In this document: positions 58,463 through 64,000 of the stretch, in pieces | How the letters are laid out: every line of letters begins with the position of its first letter | Numbering within the stretch: the stretch's first letter is position 1 | From: Zygnema circumcarinatum SAG 698-1b | Taxonomy: Eukaryota > Plantae > Zygnematophyceae | NCBI GenBank assembly: GCA_037447605.1 | Contig: CM074804.1 | Location: 3,697,909-3,761,908 of the forward strand | Direction of reading: 5' to 3' | DNA: 64,000 nt | Notes under the pieces: generated by a model | Databases searched by the model: none | Told to the model about the DNA's origin: nothing | The model's input: the letters and a program-made list of their open reading frames with translations, nothing else | Position numbers and translations under genes: made by a program

Positions 58463-58710
58463 GCCGGTTGGTATCAGCAATTCCTCCAGCCACGATGGCA
58501 GCACCTCTTCATCAACAGCCAATGGCCACAGCGCGACTTACTCCCCGCAGCAAGCTCCGCTTATGCCTTACTGCAAAGCAATCTGTTCTACAAACGCAAA
58601 CCAGCGGCAGGTCTCCAACATTAAGCTTACGATACGTCAAGGGCATGCGAGGAGTGTAGGTGCATGGACCAGAGGAAGATTCATGAATTTTCCACTTTCG
58701 AGCATGAGAG

Positions 58711-61700
58711 CTACTGAAAATGATCTCTCGCCTGCTGAATGGACGACGACGACACAGCACTGCCTTCACCAGGGGGCGGTTGTTCAAGTCCTCCGTCCCC
58801 TACAGCCGGCCTTTGAGCAGCCTCTTGCCCTATGAAGGAGGGGGGCCAGCTGTTTTGACCTCCACTTTGCGTTTCAGGGAGACCCTGCATGGCTGCCCCG
58901 CCACGTGCTCCGGCCTGTTCACCCTCCCTCCGGATGGCATAAGCCTGCCATCTCTGCTGAGTTCCAAAACTCCCTGCAGGAACTGGCCATCCCTGGGTCA
59001 CAGTAGGCTGCTCAACACGAGCCTGCAGAGTTCTTGGTCGGCCTCCCGCTGGAATAGCTGTGTCCATCGACAGTCTTTGCCGGCCTACAGCCGCTGCCGC
59101 CCCCTTCATTCTGTCATACTGTGAAGGTCCCCCACGTGGAGGCTGCCCTTCACCAGCCCCTCGCGCTCTGCTAGCTTCAACAATGGACGTTTCAGGCGAT
59201 GACAGTAACTGCCCCAGGGGACGCTGCGGAATAGTCTGACTGAAAGAGAACACAGGACGTGAGGCTGGGCGGGGAATGGAATATTGTGTGGGGGATCGGG
59301 CTAGGTTTTGGGAATAGCGAGGCATGGCAGGAGTTTGCTGCACAAGGGAGGGTTGGGGCTGAGTTGCTCGCTGGGTGTTGAACAGGTGCTGCCTTTGTGG
59401 CTCCCCGCCAAGGACTGCAAGCGATTGCCGAGACGACTGTTGAGTGACGATCCTCTCAGTAAGGTGCGATGCCTGTTGCTGATGCTGCGGCGGCTGCAGA
59501 GGTTGCTGCTGTTGCCGCCGTTGTGGCTGTGAAGCACTTTGTACGAGTGGCTGATTGTGCTCATTCTGATGTTGCAGCCCAGTAGCTGCTGCTGATTCCA
59601 CAGTTCTGCGGGTCGCTGTATCCCCAGCTGCATTCCTCAATAAGGCAGGTTGATTTTGGCCTTCCTCATGTGGAACGCTGAGCCCACTCCAACTTTCCCC
59701 TGCGCTTCTCGTTGCCTCAAGTGATGGGGTAATTCTGCCTGAAGTTATAGAGGACGTTTGTGTCGTAGAAGCAGCCGACGCCATGATGTGACTCGGTGCA
59801 ACCACGACTACGCCGGGGTCTGTGTTTCTGCCCCCCTCCCCCTCCCCGTCCTGCCCTTCCCTTTGCCTGCGCGCAGCACTCTCCAGAGCATTTGCGAGGG
59901 TCTGGGCGGACGGTTTCAACTCTACAACAGGTGTGCTATTTTCCATGTCTAAATCTTCCCCACTCAAATCTACTAGCACTGGTTGCGCCTGCTCCGCTGT
60001 CATCGCACCTGCCTCTCCAACTTTGCTTCCAGAAACTTTATGGCCAACTTCTAATCGCACTGTATCTAAACGGATCCTTTTCGACGGAATTTCACCATCT
60101 CCAGAAGCAGTTGCATATATGCCTTTACTTTTATGGATCTGCCATGAGCCATCTGGGAAGACAAGTATTTCTTTCACGGAGGGGTCGTTACATACTTCCT
60201 CAAGGACCTGCAGGAGTTAAAACTTCAATGAATAATCACTTGTCCATCTGAAGACACGTGTTGAGACATGAAAGACAAGTTTTGGGCTGCATGACACAAG
60301 TTTCGGGCATGGCGGCACTGCCACGCCTGAGGTTAACTTCGAACGCAATGCGTGCGAGGCCTCAATGGTGCTTTGTGGCAACTGCAGATGCGCCACGCTA
60401 TAACAGAAAACATCATGAAAAGAGCAAGTGATCACCATCAAAATTTTCAAATCTCCAGATCGTAACACTTTCCACCTGCAGGGCAAAACACAAAGTTTGG
60501 AGACCCCCTAGTCTAACCTGTTGAAAGGTCCAAGTAATCTGGTTTTCTCCCATTAGCAGCCAGCAATCAGCTCGTACCATTTCGTATGAGACGTTTACCT
60601 ACTACAAACAGCAACTTGAGATGCATGTACAACGCAACATACACTCCATGTGCTATAACATGTGGACGAGGTCATCCGATCTCAGGTTTCCTTCTGAAAG
60701 CTCACCTTGGCGATTTCCATGTCTACCCGAACATCCTCCAGAGTGACACTGCTCTTGCAGCATGGGCAACGCCATGCAGGGCGGCGCTCATTGATGGAAA
60801 GGAAAGAGTCGTAGTCAAAGCACTGCCCGACATTGCCCGACGCAACGAATGAGCTTCTCCGCTACAGAAAAATCACTTGTCCAATAATCAAATGCCTCCG
60901 CCATGCGATTGGCAGCACAAGTCAGAACAATTCCAGCACATGCAATTTGAGCTGCAGCTCTAATACCTGGTGATGACGGCATGAAGCCCCCTTCACTGGA
61001 GTCCGGATGCGCCGGTGGCTACACGCACAAAAAAAACACACAGCAGTCGTTAAGTCAAATAGTATCGAAAGTCGATATTCTTTGGACAGGAATTCTGGAT
61101 CCTTCATTTGTGACAGATTAGCACGCACAAGTGCAATCAAGCGTACATTTTTACTCTTAAAGCATCTAGAAACGACATCAGAACAGATGGACATAGCCAA
61201 CAAATCATGAGTGGCAGTCAATCTCATGCCAAACTGGCACTAATTGAGCATTGCTCATGACTCTGTCTATAGACCTAATGCATTGTTGGAAGATATCCAA
61301 ACAATTGCAGACATCTGTCTGCGAGAACAAGTGACCCTAAAAACCCTAAACTAGCCTAAAGAATTCTTCCTGAAGGATTAGGTTATCATAGTGGCGTTGT
61401 TTAAAGGACCGTCGAATGAGAAGTCTTTACAACTCTTCCATTCATTTTTAAGTTTGCCAGGGCAATGTCCATTGCATCTGGCTATCTGATATGAAAAAAC
61501 CTCACAATTGCAGGAGGCCAAATTTGCATGGGCAAGTCGGACCTGATGGGGCAGTCGAGAGAAATGCGTGAAGGTCCTTCCTGCAGTTCGTCGTCCTCTC
61601 TTGCCTCATCCACTGCGCGCCAATTGAATACCAACAAGGTCACACGATAGTGTTCACAAATTGTGAATCGCACACCCTTTGGACGATTTGGCAGCGAGCT

Positions 61701-64000
61701 TTGAACATGGTAGGGATGGAGAGCCATATCCTCTTCCTAGCCAATTACTTCAGAGATATCGATGTGCTGGTGATGGAGAGCGCCGCTTTGCATTCTCCAA
61801 ATGATGAGTGTACCTTGTGCAGATCTTTTGGTCCTCGCAAACTCCGGCAGCTTGGCAGACGTAGAGTTCCACTCCTGCTTGTTGAAGAAGGCGATCACTA
61901 CTGAATACGGACCTGCTTGGCGAGTATCTCAATCACCCCGAATGGCAGCAAAAGAAAGCAAAGTAAGAGGATAGTAGTTCCTCCTCCTCAGGCATTCCAG
62001 TGCCACAAAAAAGAGTCAAACGCAGCAATACCTTCCGGTGAATCTGCCCAGTCACAGGAGACGTACTTGATACAACAGCAAAAAAAATGAAGACATGTGT
62101 GGACAGATAAAATCAACGGCAATGGTGTGAGCTTTTAAAGTTATAAGAATTTATAACAATCGAATGATAATAATAAAGTTGGATAAATGAGAGTCGGGGA
62201 CTACTTATTAAGGAGACAGACCGTCACAAAACGAAGCCTTCAGCTCAAGTACTTATCTATTCAGACGTCATAGTAGAGTCTCAGCATTTTCAGCTTTTCC
62301 TCTTCTATGAACGTGACGACTTCACTAAAAATATATGTACACAGCCTAAGTGCTCTTCAATTCTGGAGCTAAACATGGTCTACTTGAACAAAGTCTGCTT
62401 CCTTCACTGGACCAATGGCAAAGCACCACCCGAGAATTGAACCTGACCTGAAAATTCTCCCATGATCTGCACAAGGTTGGGCCCCAAGCGCACAAAGCCT
62501 GTGATGTCCGTAGGAATCTGCGGCCCCTTATCCTGAAGGCCACCCCAAACTGCTTCCAGAGTGAGAGCAGGAAGAACTCAGTACTGCAACGATGGAAGAA
62601 ATAAAGAACTGAGAATCATGAGCAGTTTTCCACAGTAAAAGGTAAAACCACCTGCACAAATTAGACACATTGCTAGAAGATTCTCCTATATTGAGTTTCA
62701 GCAACATGTAGCAGTTCTACAGCTGCATGACGTAGCAGCACTGTACTGTACGGGCATTGCTGGAAGTGCCGTCTCACCATGTTAAGGAGAGTTCGCCCAG
62801 GCACGCCTTTACCATTGATTACGAAACTGCATAGACCGCCTCCTACAAAACCTCCCATATACTCAACCATTTGTCCAACATTTGGGAAGATCACACTCGC
62901 ATGTTCGAGATATAGCAAAGACCAAAGATTAAAAGAAAAGCGAGAAGAGAGAAGGCGAGAAGGCTCACCTTGCATACTGAGGCGTGACCAGGCACATTGG
63001 CGTCGTTACATCATTTCTGCTGCTCGCAAATAACCGCTGCCCACCAAATTTCAGCCAGACTCCACCATCAGATGCCGTAAGAAACTGAAATAGCGTCGAT
63101 TAAAAACTTCTGAAACCACTGAAATGTCACAGGCTGGCCTCAGCGGCAGAAGAGCAGGATGGCACGCACCACTGTCTCTTCCCCTTGAAGGCGGCGAGCC
63201 ACGTGGAAATCCGAAACGTGGATTTGGTACCCATCCTGCACCTCCAGCCAAAATAGCAAACATTTGCATGTCGGGATTCTACGACTGGCAAGAAACCTAT
63301 TGATATTGTTTTGCTTTTGGGTACCACTCAGATTCAAAATCCAACGTCATAATCAACCTTTATTTGACTTCAGCAAGAACTGCATCCTAGGGGTCATGAG
63401 CCCTCTCCCACGATCCCGGTCCAACCGGGATCCGTTTCTCGAACCCTTTAACCTAACCTTTTTTTTCGAACAACAAACCCACGGTTCTTGTTCAAGACAA
63501 TCTCAATCTCAGTCATAGCTCTTATGATAGCTGCAATCAATCACAGTTCATGATACTCAACAAAGACATCTGGTTTCTAACTCTACCTCAATTTCGATCT
63601 CCAGAATCCTTTCCACAAGACGGAGACGAGGACAAAATCTGCGAGAAAAGGAACGTGCAGTACTTTGCCCCTCATTTACATCAAAGAGTCCAGAAACCGT
63701 CCTGTAGCATCAACGCTAGAAATGCCTGCACTGGCAGGTGCACCTCGTGCTTACACTGACGCCTTGAACATATGCACCATGTAATGAACAAGCAGGCAAA
63801 AAGTAGGCTCGTCTCAACCCACTTATAGAGAGCCATCGGCAGGAGACAATCGGCTCTACTCGAGTCTTTGGAAAGTGCGGTAGACTTGCCCAACTCATCT
63901 GTGGAAGACTTCTGCATGTATTGTTCAAGGAGCTGCATGCAAGGCATTCCCCAAACTGCATGAGATCGGGCTGTAAATGTACTGCGCCCACTTGCGGCAT
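58711..64000 (-). CDS. PIAL: PIAL1/2-type (PIAS-like) SP-RING SUMO ligase; 5' end outside the window
   Basis: Exons give FCPRLRLVERILEIEIE/DGYQIHVSDFHV, RLFASSRNDVTTPMCLVTPQYASFVINGKGV, DKGPQIPTDITGFVRLGPNLVQIMGEFSG and DDELQEGPSRISLDCPIS. The SP-RING continues HRRIRTPVKGASCRHHQ/CFDYDSFLSINERRPAWRCPCC, then KEILVFPDGSW. This pattern fits PIAL rather than SIZ1. A long Q/P/S-rich last exon ends at the TAG at 58711 (end uncertain). Confidence 0.88.

Noticed and set aside
58392-58835. 147-aa plus-strand ORF after the micro-exons
   Set aside because: It overlaps the PIAL 3' end in antisense, and I could not join it in frame except through an 11-nt exon; left uncalled.

Overview
Gene-dense eukaryotic nuclear DNA with short spliceosomal introns. 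The gene set (HCF173, FRIGIDA-like, PIAL, RBL15-type rhomboid) points to a streptophyte, probably a charophyte alga or another compact-genome non-seed plant; the species cannot be fixed from sequence alone. I reconstructed ten multi-exon genes by hand: VPS13 (3' part, +), a membrane-anchored A1 aspartic protease (+), HCF173 (+), a rhodanese (-), a KDM5-like JmjC demethylase (-), a small plant C2HC zinc-finger protein (+), an ABCC transporter (-), a FRIGIDA-like protein (-), a rhomboid-UBA protein (+) and a PIAL-type SUMO ligase (3' part, -). The 52-58 kb region holds a decayed Ty1/copia 3' end. Its LTR is split by an 832-bp Mutator-like foldback element with a perfect 9-bp TSD. The region also has a 1.6-kb near-identical duplication bounded by gaps (probably an assembly artefact) and a candidate micro-exon gene missed by the ORF track. 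The best novelty leads are the two UIM-like motifs in the JmjC protein, the nested G-rich foldback MULE, the hidden micro-exon gene and the SHP-box plus UBA tail of the rhomboid. All exon joins and protein identities come from manual reading and remembered family motifs; no database search was run.
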